Part shown: positions 54,251 through 64,000 of the stretch, one piece after another | Layout: each line of letters starts with the position of its first letter | How positions within the stretch are numbered: the first letter of the stretch is position 1 | Source: Candidatus Hydrothermales bacterium | GTDB taxonomy: Bacteria; Hydrothermota; Hydrothermia; Hydrothermales; JAJRUZ01 | Length of the DNA stretch: 64,000 nt | NCBI GenBank assembly: GCA_039630575.1 | Contig: JBCNUW010000002.1 | Location: 64,001 to 128,000, forward strand | Direction of reading: 5' to 3' | The notes under the pieces: generated by a model | Told to the model about the DNA's origin: nothing | Database searches by the model: none | Seen by the model: only the letters and a program-made list of their open reading frames with translations | Made by a program: the position numbers and the translations under genes

Positions 54251-54796
54251 TTGTATTACATAAAAAGGGAAGAATGGTTAAAAAAAAGTATAACAGAAAG
54301 GATAAAGAATGTTAATATAAAACCTATTGTTATCATTCACCATACAGCAACACCAAAAAAGGAATATCAGGGGGATATCAATTATTTAGATAGGATTCAC
54401 AGAGAGAAAGGTTTCATAATGATCGGTTATCATTTTATTATAGCTCCTGATGGTAAAGTATTTGAAGGAAGAAAGATTAACGAGGAGGGAGCTCATACAA
54501 AGAGGTTTAACAGCTTTTTAGGAATTGCATTAATTGGAAACTTTGAGGAAGAGGAAATGGAAAAAAGGCAGTTATTTTCCCTATTAAATTTTATGAGTTA
54601 TTTAGAAAAGATTTTTTTTATAAATAAATTTTCTTTTCACTTTATGCTGAATGAAAAAACTTTATGTGGAAAAAAAATTTTTGACAAGTTAGTGAAAAAT
54701 AGAAATAAAAGAGTGTTTAAATTTCCAGATGATTTGTTTTATAATTTAATAGGTTCAAATCCATTTACAGAAGATTTTAGTAAAAGGAGGGACTAA
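54251..54796 (+). CDS. N-acetylmuramoyl-L-alanine amidase (Amidase_2/PGRP-like)
   Basis: IIHHTA, IGYHFII..DG.VFEGR, GAHT and GIALIGNF. Confidence 0.88.
   Translation: MYYIKREEWLKKSITERIKNVNIKPIVIIHHTATPKKEYQGDINYLDRIHREKGFIMIGYHFIIAPDGKVFEGRKINEEGAHTKRFNSFLGIALIGNFEEEEMEKRQLFSLLNFMSYLEKIFFINKFSFHFMLNEKTLCGKKIFDKLVKNRNKRVFKFPDDLFYNLIGSNPFTEDFSKRRD
54752..54762 (+). promoter_or_regulatory. T-loop-like leader motif GGTTCAAATCC upstream of mdh
   Basis: 6 nt after TATAAT (54740-54745) and 35 nt before the mdh ATG; lies within the amidase 3' end. Confidence 0.55.
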
Positions 54797-54797
54797 T

Positions 54798-55733
54798 ATG
54801 AAGGAAAAAGTATTCATAATAGGAGCAGGCTATGTTGGAGCTGAGTGTGCAAATGATTTAGCACTTAAGGACTTCTGTGATATAGTTTTGATTGACATTC
54901 TTGAGGGGATCCCTCAGGGTAAATCTCTTGATATGACCCATTCAAACCCTATCAGGTATGTATCACCAAATATAAGGGGTCAAAATAGTTACGATGGAAT
55001 AGAAGAAGCAAAAGTAGTTGTTATAACAGCAGGAGTTCCAAGAAAGCCCGGAATGACAAGAGAAGAATTACTTGATATCAATTTTAATATTGTTAAAAGT
55101 GTTACAGAGGAAATAAAAAAAAGAAATAAAAAAGCAATATTAATAGTAGTTACAAATCCACTTGATGCAATGACCTACGCAGCTTATAGAATTTCTGGGT
55201 TTGAAAGGGAAAGAGTGATAGGAATGGCTGGTGTTCTTGATTCAACAAGGTTTAGAGCTTTCATTGCTATGGAACTTGGAGTTGCCTATGAAGATGTTTC
55301 TGCAATAACACTTGGGACACATGGTGATTTAATGGTTCCTCTACCAAGGTATGCAACAGTAGGAGGAATACCTGTGAGTCATTTAATACCTAAAGAAAAA
55401 TTGGATTCAATCGTTGATAGAACAAGAAAAGCTGGAACTGAAATTGTATCTCTTTTAAAAACAGGTAGTGCTTATTATGGTCCTGGAACCTCAACAGCTA
55501 TAATGGTTGAATCAATAATCAAAGATAAAAAAAGAGTACTTTCAGCATCAGTTCTTTTAAAAGGAGAATATGGTATTAATGATATTTTTGTTGGAGTTCC
55601 TGTAATTTTAGGAGAAAAAGGAGTTGAAAAGGTTATTGAAATGAAACTTGAACCAGAGGAACTTGAAGCTCTTAAAAAATCTGCAGAACATGTTAAAAAA
55701 ATGCAGGAAGAAATTGATGCTAAATTGAAATAG
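54798..55733 (+). CDS. mdh: Malate dehydrogenase (LDH-like)
   Basis: IGAGYVG, TAGVPRKPGMTREEL, NPLD, GMAGVLDSTR and HGD.MVP. Confidence 0.95.
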   Translation: MKEKVFIIGAGYVGAECANDLALKDFCDIVLIDILEGIPQGKSLDMTHSNPIRYVSPNIRGQNSYDGIEEAKVVVITAGVPRKPGMTREELLDINFNIVKSVTEEIKKRNKKAILIVVTNPLDAMTYAAYRISGFERERVIGMAGVLDSTRFRAFIAMELGVAYEDVSAITLGTHGDLMVPLPRYATVGGIPVSHLIPKEKLDSIVDRTRKAGTEIVSLLKTGSAYYGPGTSTAIMVESIIKDKKRVLSASVLLKGEYGINDIFVGVPVILGEKGVEKVIEMKLEPEELEALKKSAEHVKKMQEEIDAKLK

Positions 55734-55837
55734 CTTTAAAAACTTAAAAAGGGGGTAAATTAAATTTTCAGCTAAAATCTAGAAGATTAACTTTTTTATA
55801 AGCATTCTTGAATTTATCTTATATAATTAATTTCTGC

Positions 55838-56014
55838 CTATTTAAACTTAAAGAGAAGTCCAAAAGGTATTAGCACCAGATAACCTAAAACAAGAAATAT
55901 TACCGAAAATGTTTTATCTCCAAACCAGAGAAATATAAATCCTATTAAGGCAGAGATTATACCTAAAATGATAAGAATGTAATTTTCTTTTTTATAAGGT
56001 AATGTATTTTTCAT
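55838..56014 (-). CDS. Small two-TM protein, DUF3098-like (58 aa; below the ORF-track cutoff)
   Basis: MKNTLPYKKENYILIILGIISALIGFIFLWFGDKTFSVIFLVLGYLVLIPFGLLFKFK. Confidence 0.75.
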   Translation of the reverse strand: MKNTLPYKKENYILIILGIISALIGFIFLWFGDKTFSVIFLVLGYLVLIPFGLLFKFK

Positions 56015-56046
56015 TTATTTATTTTAAGCAAAAAATAGTTAATTTA

Positions 56047-57672
56047 TCAAAATTCAATAGGTTCAAATTTTTTTCCTTTAATTTTATAAAACTTTATATT
56101 TTCTATACTTTTTCCAAAGAGGTAAAATTTGAAAGATCCTTTAAAATATGTTAAATTTTTTAAAAAATTTATTAAAGCGAATGATCCTGTTATGTTTTTT
56201 TCAAGGGTATAATTTAAAATGCTTCCAATATCGTAGCCAATATAGGCAGTTTCACTTGGGTAATCACCATATTTTGATTTAAATTCAAGAATAAACTTTT
56301 CAGATACCGAATTATCCCATATTCCGGCACTGGCAAAAATTACCCTTTCTTCAACATATCTATTAGATTTGATGGCAAAATCTTCTGTTGTAAACTTTCC
56401 AGTTGTCAATATTTTTGACTTTAATCCCTTAAAAACAATCTGAGAAGAAAGAGAGAGAAGTGACTCTTCTGTTCCTGATGGGAAAACAATAACATCAGGT
56501 CCAAGTGTATCCTGAAAAAAATTAATAATTTGATCAATTTTACTCTGAAAATCGAGTGAATCAATTGAAAAAAAAAGATAAAAGACTTTATTCCTTTTCT
56601 CAAATAAGTCTATTAATAAAGAAGTAATACTCTCCCCTTCTTCAGTAATGGGCAAAAGAGCACATATTTTATTTATATTGTTAGGAATAATATACCTTTC
56701 TATAATCGCTTTTATCTCAAGATAAAGTGAATTTGAAAGAGTTATTATATTTTCACCGTATTCACAGGCTCTTATATAAGAAAGTGCAGGAACTATAAAT
56801 ACTTTATCCCTTTTTTTTGCAAAATAAGGAAGAGCCAAATAAAAACTTTTGCTCAAAAGAGGCCCTATCAGAATCTTAAAATCATAATTATAACCAATAT
56901 GATCTTCGAGTAGTTTATATGTATATAATGGATCCTCTCTTGTATCAAAAACATTATAGTTTTTGTATTTAAAGGATAGTTCAAAACCTCTTAAAAATTC
57001 TTTTCCCAATAAACTGTCTGGTCCAGATAGGGGAAGATATATAAAAATTTCTTTTAATGTTCTCGACTTAAAAAAAGGATCCAATCTTTTTTTTGTGTAA
57101 ATTTCTTCAATTTCTTTAGTTTTTTCATGTTCAGGAACCTCTTCTTTCAAAATTTCAAAAATTTCTTCTTGAGCCTTTACATCTCCCTCTTGTCTTGCCT
57201 TTTCAAAGGCTATAAAAAGGATATTTGGATAAATTTCAAGATCTTTAAGCTTACTAATATTTTTTAATATTTCTCTGAGGGACAATTTTTTCGAAAGTTC
57301 AAGGATTTTATTCTCAGCTTCCTTAAAATAAGGAGAATCTCTAAATTTTAAAATAGCTAAATAACTTTCGAAGGCTCTCACTAAAAAATTAATTTTTTCA
57401 TAACTTTTTGCAAGCATATATAGAACTTGCACTCTATACTCGCTCTCATGGTAATTACTAAGGAATATATTAGAATAAACAATTACAGAATCACTTTTTT
57501 CAAGAGAATATAAAACATAGATAAAAAGATAATCAATCTTTTCACTCTTTTCACCTTTTCTAATCAAATTTCTTATTTCTTTTTCTGCTTCTTTCATTCT
57601 ATTTGCCTTGATCAAATCAATAATTTTAAACTCACTTTGATTTAAAAGTAATAACAATAAAAAAGGTATCAT
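56047..57672 (-). CDS. TPR plus periplasmic binding-fold protein (LpoA/LppC-like)
   Basis: TPR-like N-terminus; LPLSG..LG.EF.RGF, IGPLLS and F...YG.YP...AY.GYD. Confidence 0.75.
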   Translation of the reverse strand: MIPFLLLLLLNQSEFKIIDLIKANRMKEAEKEIRNLIRKGEKSEKIDYLFIYVLYSLEKSDSVIVYSNIFLSNYHESEYRVQVLYMLAKSYEKINFLVRAFESYLAILKFRDSPYFKEAENKILELSKKLSLREILKNISKLKDLEIYPNILFIAFEKARQEGDVKAQEEIFEILKEEVPEHEKTKEIEEIYTKKRLDPFFKSRTLKEIFIYLPLSGPDSLLGKEFLRGFELSFKYKNYNVFDTREDPLYTYKLLEDHIGYNYDFKILIGPLLSKSFYLALPYFAKKRDKVFIVPALSYIRACEYGENIITLSNSLYLEIKAIIERYIIPNNINKICALLPITEEGESITSLLIDLFEKRNKVFYLFFSIDSLDFQSKIDQIINFFQDTLGPDVIVFPSGTEESLLSLSSQIVFKGLKSKILTTGKFTTEDFAIKSNRYVEERVIFASAGIWDNSVSEKFILEFKSKYGDYPSETAYIGYDIGSILNYTLEKNITGSFALINFLKNLTYFKGSFKFYLFGKSIENIKFYKIKGKKFEPIEF

Positions 57673-57679
57673 TTAAATT

Positions 57680-57719
57680 AAAAGCCCCTCCCAAGAAGAA
57701 ATAAAGGGAGGGGCCTTTT
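57680..57719 (-). terminator. Intrinsic terminator hairpin after the T9SS cargo gene
   Basis: GCCCCTCCC/GGGAGGGGC 9-bp stem (57684-57714) flanked by A and T runs. Confidence 0.75.
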
Positions 57720-57745
57720 ATAAATCTCTAAACTTCTGCTATTTT

Positions 57746-59470
57746 CTATTCAGTAACAACAAGTTTTAAATTACCCTGGATATCTCCCTTATATTTCAAG
57801 AAGTATATTCCAGATTTGAGGTTAGAAACCTTTATTTCGTTATTTCCTTCTTTAACGGATACGGTTTTAGATGTAATTCTCTTTCCTGATACATCAAAAA
57901 TATCAAATACCATTTTTCCATTTAAAGGTGATACAAATCTGATAGCTCCTTTATCAAAAACATTTCCATTAAAGGTTAGCTTGTTCAAAACTAATTTATC
58001 CTTTGAGCTTTCGAAAATACTCGTAACTGGAATATAACCTGTTAAAATATAAGTAGGTACTGTTCCGCCAAGTGCATAAGTGTTATAATGAATATCAAGT
58101 CCCGCATTTGCACCATCCCATGCTCTTGGAACATTGAAGAGAAGCCATAATTTATAATCATTTGAAGGAGTAAATACATGCTTTATTGTGTGAACTTTAT
58201 GTTCAATCTTATCATCTGTAGGTTGATTTGCCTCGTCTCTTGTAATGTTATATGGCGCAGACCAAGTAGCTCCACCATCAAGTGAATATTTTACATAGAC
58301 ATCAGTCCACCCATACCTACGATTAGGAACATAATCAATTGTATGGTATGCAACATAAGTAACGAAGAGTATGTTGCGAACATGATCAATTGTAAGTTCA
58401 ATATTTGCAAAAAATGTTAAATCATCAGGGTCTATAATTGTATAGGTTGCTGTAGGTGTAACAAGATAAGCACCATTCCCAGAGACAAATGTATCAGTCC
58501 CAAAAACTATCGGATTTGTAAAGTAACATGTAGTTGTCAAAAGTGCCATAGGTGTTGTTGAATTAAGAAGGGCAAAATCCCAGTAATTTACATACCAAAG
58601 ATAATCAACAATATAATCTATTCCTTGAAATCTAAAAGTATCAACTGGGACATTAAAATAAAGGGGAATACTTGTCCATGTAGCTCCATCGTCATTAGAT
58701 ACTTTAACAGTATCTGGTCCTACAAGAGCTGCAAGTGTCCCACCCAAATAATCCATTAGCCATACATCTCCAGGGTGGTTTGGGAAAAGTGTAGCTGGAG
58801 GGTCAGGATCAATAAAAGCAAGTCTCCACCACCAATGAGTGAAGTAGTTATTATCTTGACCTACAAGAAAATTAACAAAATTTCCCATATCGTTTGAGGC
58901 ATTTCCAAAACTCCTATATCCTACAAATCCAGGAGTCTGAATGAAGTAGGTATAAATATTTCCTTGTGGTAAAGCACCATCAGATGGAACTGTAGAAATA
59001 GCACCTTCATAAGGTGTTCTAACTGTAGAGTATGTTAGAATAAAAGTGTCACTGTTACCCATCCATGGACCTACATTCGGATATCTTCCGGCTCCATCTA
59101 TATTGTATGGCCATATTCTTGTCCAAGTGTTCCCACCATCTTGAGAAAAAACAAGAGCTAAACGTCCTGTTCCAGGATAAGCAGGGTTATCAGATAATCT
59201 TCTATAAGTGAAAAATACACAGGATTGATCAGGTGATGTATTTATTGGTTTTGGTGCTGTATACAAAGTTGAATACTGATTGGGCATAGTATCTATATAA
59301 GCAATAGGTATTGTAGGATACGTCGGAAGTGCGGAAGGATAGATATCTGAAGTATTTTTAAAATCCTCCCGATCAATTATTAAATGATCCTTTACAATAG
59401 GTCTTATGGTTCCTGCAAACAGAAATCCTACAAGAAAAACAGTCAGTAGTACTTTTTTATTTTTACTCAT
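57746..59470 (-). CDS. Secreted BNR/Asp-box beta-propeller protein with T9SS-type CTD
   Basis: Signal peptide; SQDGGNTW, SNDDGATW and SLDGGATW; IFDVSGKRI...LKSGIYFLK. Confidence 0.82.
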   Translation of the reverse strand: MSKNKKVLLTVFLVGFLFAGTIRPIVKDHLIIDREDFKNTSDIYPSALPTYPTIPIAYIDTMPNQYSTLYTAPKPINTSPDQSCVFFTYRRLSDNPAYPGTGRLALVFSQDGGNTWTRIWPYNIDGAGRYPNVGPWMGNSDTFILTYSTVRTPYEGAISTVPSDGALPQGNIYTYFIQTPGFVGYRSFGNASNDMGNFVNFLVGQDNNYFTHWWWRLAFIDPDPPATLFPNHPGDVWLMDYLGGTLAALVGPDTVKVSNDDGATWTSIPLYFNVPVDTFRFQGIDYIVDYLWYVNYWDFALLNSTTPMALLTTTCYFTNPIVFGTDTFVSGNGAYLVTPTATYTIIDPDDLTFFANIELTIDHVRNILFVTYVAYHTIDYVPNRRYGWTDVYVKYSLDGGATWSAPYNITRDEANQPTDDKIEHKVHTIKHVFTPSNDYKLWLLFNVPRAWDGANAGLDIHYNTYALGGTVPTYILTGYIPVTSIFESSKDKLVLNKLTFNGNVFDKGAIRFVSPLNGKMVFDIFDVSGKRITSKTVSVKEGNNEIKVSNLKSGIYFLKYKGDIQGNLKLVVTE

Positions 59471-59490
59471 TTAAAACCTCCTTTTTTTTA

Positions 59491-59503
59491 GGGAATTGAA
59501 CCC
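59491..59503 (-). promoter_or_regulatory. T-loop-like leader motif GGGTTCAATTCCC upstream of the T9SS cargo gene
   Basis: Between TATAAT and SD AGGAGG; core ends 21 nt before ATG 59470. Confidence 0.6.
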
Positions 59504-59525
59504 TTCTTTGTTTTTTATATTATAT

Positions 59526-60386
59526 CTAATCATTCATAAGCTCTTCAATCTTTAAAAGAATTTTCAGATGTGAAGATGGGTCAAAAGGGTCATCAGGATA
59601 ATCTATCCAACCTGATAACTTTAACACATCAACTGCATTTGCGTAAAGTCCTTCTTTAAAGTAAACATAAGCAGCTGCTCCAAGTATGTTAGTGAATTTA
59701 ATAAAAGGATAGTGAGGAAAATAGAAAGCCCTACTTCTTTTTGCAAGTGAATAGAGATATTCAGCAGACAAAGATCTTTTATCTTGAGCAAGATAAATCA
59801 AACCAATCCCTGCCCATGCCCAGAAGAATATATCGTCTGTTGGACTTTGAGGTTTATAATAGGTATAGTCAATATAAGTTACAGTATCAGGTGGTGTCCC
59901 TTTAAAATAAACAAGAGTATCATCAAAATAAATTGGGCTGTGAACATCAGCTGGTGCTTCGATAACATTTGCGATCCATACTATATTCCTCTTTTTTGTC
60001 TTTATCGCCCAAGTGGCTCCGTAAGGTAAAGACTGTGGCCTTATAACAGTAGCTACTTCCTTAAACCTTCTCTCGACAAGAGATATTCCGTCAATTGCAA
60101 GTATAAGAGAAAAATAAGAAAGAGCCGAAGATAGATCATAATCCTTTTTTGAAATTAAAGTATAACCTTTACCAAGTAAAGCTTCTCTATCACGTAGATT
60201 CAAAGTTATAAGAGAATCAAACCAGAATTCTGCAACATCAAATTCTCCCCTATCATAATAATCCCAAGCCCTCTGAAGTATAAGATCCCTCGAGGGTTCT
60301 GCCTCAAATTCAGGTTCTTCTTTCTTACATGACATAAGAAAATATATTATTGAAAAAAACACAAAAAGATATTTTATTTTTTTCAT
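59526..60386 (-). CDS. TPR-containing lipoprotein
   Basis: Start MKKIKYLF at 60386 (SD GGAGG); lipobox FLMSC; TPR-like AWDYYDRGEFDVA..F. Confidence 0.78.
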   Translation of the reverse strand: MKKIKYLFVFFSIIYFLMSCKKEEPEFEAEPSRDLILQRAWDYYDRGEFDVAEFWFDSLITLNLRDREALLGKGYTLISKKDYDLSSALSYFSLILAIDGISLVERRFKEVATVIRPQSLPYGATWAIKTKKRNIVWIANVIEAPADVHSPIYFDDTLVYFKGTPPDTVTYIDYTYYKPQSPTDDIFFWAWAGIGLIYLAQDKRSLSAEYLYSLAKRSRAFYFPHYPFIKFTNILGAAAYVYFKEGLYANAVDVLKLSGWIDYPDDPFDPSSHLKILLKIEELMND

Positions 60387-60396
60387 TTTCCCCTCC

Positions 60397-63300
60397 TTAT
60401 TTTGTATCAAAAACTATAAGCTTTTTCTTTATCACTGAAAAGCCCTTTATATCAGCCTTTATAAAGTACACTCCATGTGAAGGAAACATTAAGTTAAACT
60501 CATAAATTCCAGGTTCTCTTTCTCCATCAATTATATCATAAACTTTTCTTCCCGTTGAATTATAAATTGACAATTTTACATCTGTCTTTATGGGGACATA
60601 AAGCAAAACTTTACCCTCATCCCTTTTCAAAAGATGATCTACTTTCAATATTGGATAGCTCTTTACACTTCCGCCAGTCCTTACCTGGTAAATACCAAAA
60701 GCATTTGTCTCAAATACAAATTTCCCTTCAGATCTCTCTACAAATCCCTCCACAGGAACCCATCCGAACTCCTCATCATATCTAAATATTCCTGTTCCCT
60801 CAGTCAACAATGAAGGATCAATAATTTCTACAACAAAAGTATGAGCCAACTTTTTACCTCTACTTCCTACCATGAAAACATCAGATTTTCCCTCCTTTGA
60901 ACCTGGCACAATAATATCTACAGCCTCTTTGTTAATCTTTGAAAGTGTTAAGAATAAATTATTTACATTAGATGGAAACCTCAATTTCACTGAACCATCC
61001 GAAGAGGCATATACACCACCTCCTTCAACATAATATGTGGGAACTGGAAGAACAACATCAACTCCGTTACCAGTTGTATCTTCAACATATGCAGTAAAAG
61101 TGTAAATTGTCGATTTCCTTAAAAGTTCTTTTGATGTGGTATAAAAGGCTATAGGAGCAGCACCTGCCAAGTTGGTAAGATTCTCATCTCGAATTAGAGT
61201 TCTTCCTGCCTCAGATATTTTAAGAATTACTCCTTCCTCCCTTGCATCCTTAAAGATTTTTCTTCTGTTCCACACATATACATCAACAAAATTGTCAATT
61301 ATTGGATTTTGCAAGACTATCATAATTGGATAAGGAGCTTCAGTATCCCTACCCCTTGCAGTACTGTAAACTCTTCTTGGATCTTTATTTATTACAACTA
61401 TTTTTTGCCTTTTAACTGTTTGGTTGTCACAAAGACATATGGAGTAGATATTTTTAGAAGAGTCAATAGGGAAAAGTCTGTTAACTTCAATTGTAGTATC
61501 AATAATATTACCTTGAGCATCTCTTACAAATACATACCTCACATCATAAACTTCTATATAAGTAATCCAGTTACCTTGCCTATCGTAATAAGAAGCCTCG
61601 TCTGATACACTTAATTTAAGTGTATGTTTTTTAGCATCTGGGTTGTGTCTATAGATTATGTAAGAAAATGGTTCCTGTTGTATAAAACCATACCTTTCCA
61701 AAACAGTAGCTTCCTCACGTGGAAAAGTATTTATTAATCTAAAGTAGTAATCTTTATTGTCTCCAAAGACCCTATCTATAGCATTCGCTAAAGCCCAGGA
61801 AGTTATGTATGGATTAAATCTCTTCCATGTTCTTGATGTATCATCAAAAAGCTCTCTGATTTTTGTTAATCCGTATCTTTCTTTTATATATTCAAAAAGT
61901 GTAAATACTCTTGCTGTGCTAAATTCATTTGCCTCAGGTTCACCAAGTCCATGATACTTTGAAATATTAAACATGTTTACATTTGTTCCTGTCGAATCGT
62001 AATATGAAGAAAGATCAAAAAGTCCGGGAACTCCAGTTATCAAAGGATTATTATAAAGAATAGAGTCTGTCCTTGATTTATAATTAGCAACAAGAAGTGC
62101 AGCTAAAGCTTTTCTTACAAGCTTATCCTCGTTAGGTTTTAAAACAAAAAGTCCCCTGTTAACAAATTGATAATTAAATACAAACTTCTTTGCTATATCA
62201 GTAAGTGAAAGAAAACCACCAACTTTTCCAAGCATTTCAAAACCAACCTTCACATATATGGCATCCTTTAAATCCTGAAGCGGCTCTGAGTGTTTATCAT
62301 GAAGGGTAAAAAGTGTAACAGGCATAATATCTGAAGGTGTGTATGGAGGGCTAGCATGATCATCGGGGGGAGTAACAAGATAAGGATTTATAACAAAATG
62401 AATATAAGATTCTGGGTACTCCCTCCCAAAATAGTTTCTAAACATTGACTTAATTTCCTCTAAGTCTATATATAAAGTATCAGTAAACAAATTTTTAAAG
62501 GAATTCACAAAAGCATTAACAATTTCATCAGCTACATTAACACCTATTAATTTTGAAGATTCTGGATTCTGTGGATCATACTTTTCATCAATTCCAGGAT
62601 TGAAGTTCCAAACATAATTTCCACCACCAATATCCTTTAAATAAAATAGACCAGCCTCACAAGCATACCATAACCTGTTATAGACATCAGGCTCAATATC
62701 AAAACCATTTAAAGCACCGTAATTTTTAAATACATCTAAACCTTTAGTAAAATGATTACCAAGATCATCATATACACCTTCACCTTTAATTACTGCGAAG
62801 TAAGTCCCTATACCAGGATAACTACCACTAGGCTTTTCAGTTACCGAGAGAACATTCTTTCCTGAAAATGAGGTTATAGGTGTAAAGGTTAAACCGTTAT
62901 CAACAGAATAGTATGCACCATCAGTTGTTGCAAGATATATCCTTGCACCCGGTACTCCAGTCCCTTTAAGAGAATTAATTTTATAGTCATTGACCTGTGT
63001 CCAACTCGTTCCATCCCATCTAAAAAGACCTGAAGGAGTAACAGCAAGGATAAAAGAACTTGTTGCATAAAGAATTTTAACCGAATCGTTCAGATTTCCA
63101 ACTCTATTCCATTTTAAATAATACTCTAACCTTCTTTTTACTGTATCCCCCCTCATAAAAACAATAGTATCAAGTTTGCTGAAATAGACTCCTTCAGTTG
63201 TTCCTACGTAAACAAAAGTATCAACCTTACCAACCACAAGGGAAACTGATAGAGTCTTAATTGGATTTTTGACCAATGTGTCAATTAGTGTATTGTAAGG

Positions 63301-63840
63301 TAAAGTATCATTAATGTTATCCTTGAAAACAAAATTCTCCCTTAGTAATGAATCTAACGTTATGCTGTAAATTTTAATTTTTCCATCTGAAGAGACACCA
63401 TATATTAGCTCAGGAGAAGGTATATACACAGCTCCTGTTCTTCTATAAGATAAAGAAAAATCAACAATACCTTCTTCAAGTGGTCTTGAGAAAGCAAGCA
63501 AATTTGTATTATCTAAACTTGCAGTTCTGTAAACACCAAAACCGTCTACAAGCAACCATCCATATTTTCTCTGAGGAAGAGTTCCTGAAATTCTGTTTAT
63601 CTTAAACTTTTTTACCGGAATTTTGTCATAGGGAGTCCATACACAAAAACGTAACTTCTTTAAATCTCCTCCTTCTTCGTAAGTAACTGAATCAATGTGT
63701 CTTAAAATTATGTTATCTTCATAGAAAGCAAGGGTAATTCCCCATCTTAGAAAAATTTGATTCTTACTTTCCCCAGGAGTGTATGAAGCAAAGAGTCCAG
63801 AGAGAAAAAGTGTTAATAAAAGAAAAATCTTATTTTTCAT
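60397..63840 (-). CDS. Large secreted protein with beta-propeller region and T9SS-type CTD
   Basis: Signal peptide; YVGTTEGVY and YLATTDGAYYSVDNGLTF repeats; LSIYNSTGRKV...GVYFIK. Confidence 0.8.
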   Translation of the reverse strand: MKNKIFLLLTLFLSGLFASYTPGESKNQIFLRWGITLAFYEDNIILRHIDSVTYEEGGDLKKLRFCVWTPYDKIPVKKFKINRISGTLPQRKYGWLLVDGFGVYRTASLDNTNLLAFSRPLEEGIVDFSLSYRRTGAVYIPSPELIYGVSSDGKIKIYSITLDSLLRENFVFKDNINDTLPYNTLIDTLVKNPIKTLSVSLVVGKVDTFVYVGTTEGVYFSKLDTIVFMRGDTVKRRLEYYLKWNRVGNLNDSVKILYATSSFILAVTPSGLFRWDGTSWTQVNDYKINSLKGTGVPGARIYLATTDGAYYSVDNGLTFTPITSFSGKNVLSVTEKPSGSYPGIGTYFAVIKGEGVYDDLGNHFTKGLDVFKNYGALNGFDIEPDVYNRLWYACEAGLFYLKDIGGGNYVWNFNPGIDEKYDPQNPESSKLIGVNVADEIVNAFVNSFKNLFTDTLYIDLEEIKSMFRNYFGREYPESYIHFVINPYLVTPPDDHASPPYTPSDIMPVTLFTLHDKHSEPLQDLKDAIYVKVGFEMLGKVGGFLSLTDIAKKFVFNYQFVNRGLFVLKPNEDKLVRKALAALLVANYKSRTDSILYNNPLITGVPGLFDLSSYYDSTGTNVNMFNISKYHGLGEPEANEFSTARVFTLFEYIKERYGLTKIRELFDDTSRTWKRFNPYITSWALANAIDRVFGDNKDYYFRLINTFPREEATVLERYGFIQQEPFSYIIYRHNPDAKKHTLKLSVSDEASYYDRQGNWITYIEVYDVRYVFVRDAQGNIIDTTIEVNRLFPIDSSKNIYSICLCDNQTVKRQKIVVINKDPRRVYSTARGRDTEAPYPIMIVLQNPIIDNFVDVYVWNRRKIFKDAREEGVILKISEAGRTLIRDENLTNLAGAAPIAFYTTSKELLRKSTIYTFTAYVEDTTGNGVDVVLPVPTYYVEGGGVYASSDGSVKLRFPSNVNNLFLTLSKINKEAVDIIVPGSKEGKSDVFMVGSRGKKLAHTFVVEIIDPSLLTEGTGIFRYDEEFGWVPVEGFVERSEGKFVFETNAFGIYQVRTGGSVKSYPILKVDHLLKRDEGKVLLYVPIKTDVKLSIYNSTGRKVYDIIDGEREPGIYEFNLMFPSHGVYFIKADIKGFSVIKKKLIVFDTK

Positions 63841-63853
63841 CTTTTAACCTCCT

Positions 63854-64000
63854 TTAATATATAAAATTTAAAGAAAGTCTATGAACAAAAGGTAATATAC
63901 CCATATCATTGAAAGAATAACTCAATTTTAAAGCTCCAAATTTAATTTTTGTATTAAGACCAAAACCTAAGGAAAATCCACCTTCATCAAACTTCTCCTC
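63854..64000 (-). CDS. PorV/PorQ-family outer-membrane protein, C-terminal end only
   Basis: GFSLGFGL...LKLSYSFNDMGILPFVHRLSLNFIY* matches the PorV-type terminal strands (G.L...HR.SL.F). Confidence 0.65.
   Translation of the reverse strand, partial: EEKFDEGGFSLGFGLNTKIKFGALKLSYSFNDMGILPFVHRLSLNFIY

Overview
AT-rich bacterial chromosomal window (roughly 25-30% GC by eye) from a probably thermophilic, diderm FCB-related lineage. WOR-3/Hydrothermia-like is my inference from T9SS-type C-terminal domains, a PorV-like gene and K/E/I/F-rich proteins. In order, it holds: an alpha-2-macroglobulin and DUF1175 pair downstream of an uncharacterised chaperone/usher-like pilus operon (two paralogous subunits in one frame, separated by a single TAA); a ~5 kb tract of decayed genes (T9SS cargo, IS1634 relic, TlpA redoxin); an McrBC-type restriction system; an NAD-linked formate dehydrogenase; secreted and metabolic genes; an orphan 5S rRNA; the mreBCD-mrdA-rodA cluster joined directly to a str/S10 operon that stops after rpmC; tRNA-Thr with tsaC/LMW-PTP, purM, gyrA and mdh; and a PorV-linked T9SS cargo cluster. 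The most striking unexplained signal is a tRNA T-loop-like motif, GGTTCAAWTCC, found in sense orientation 21-35 nt upstream of four start codons (rpsL, tuf, mdh and a T9SS cargo gene). All calls come from manual motif reading; no database search was run.
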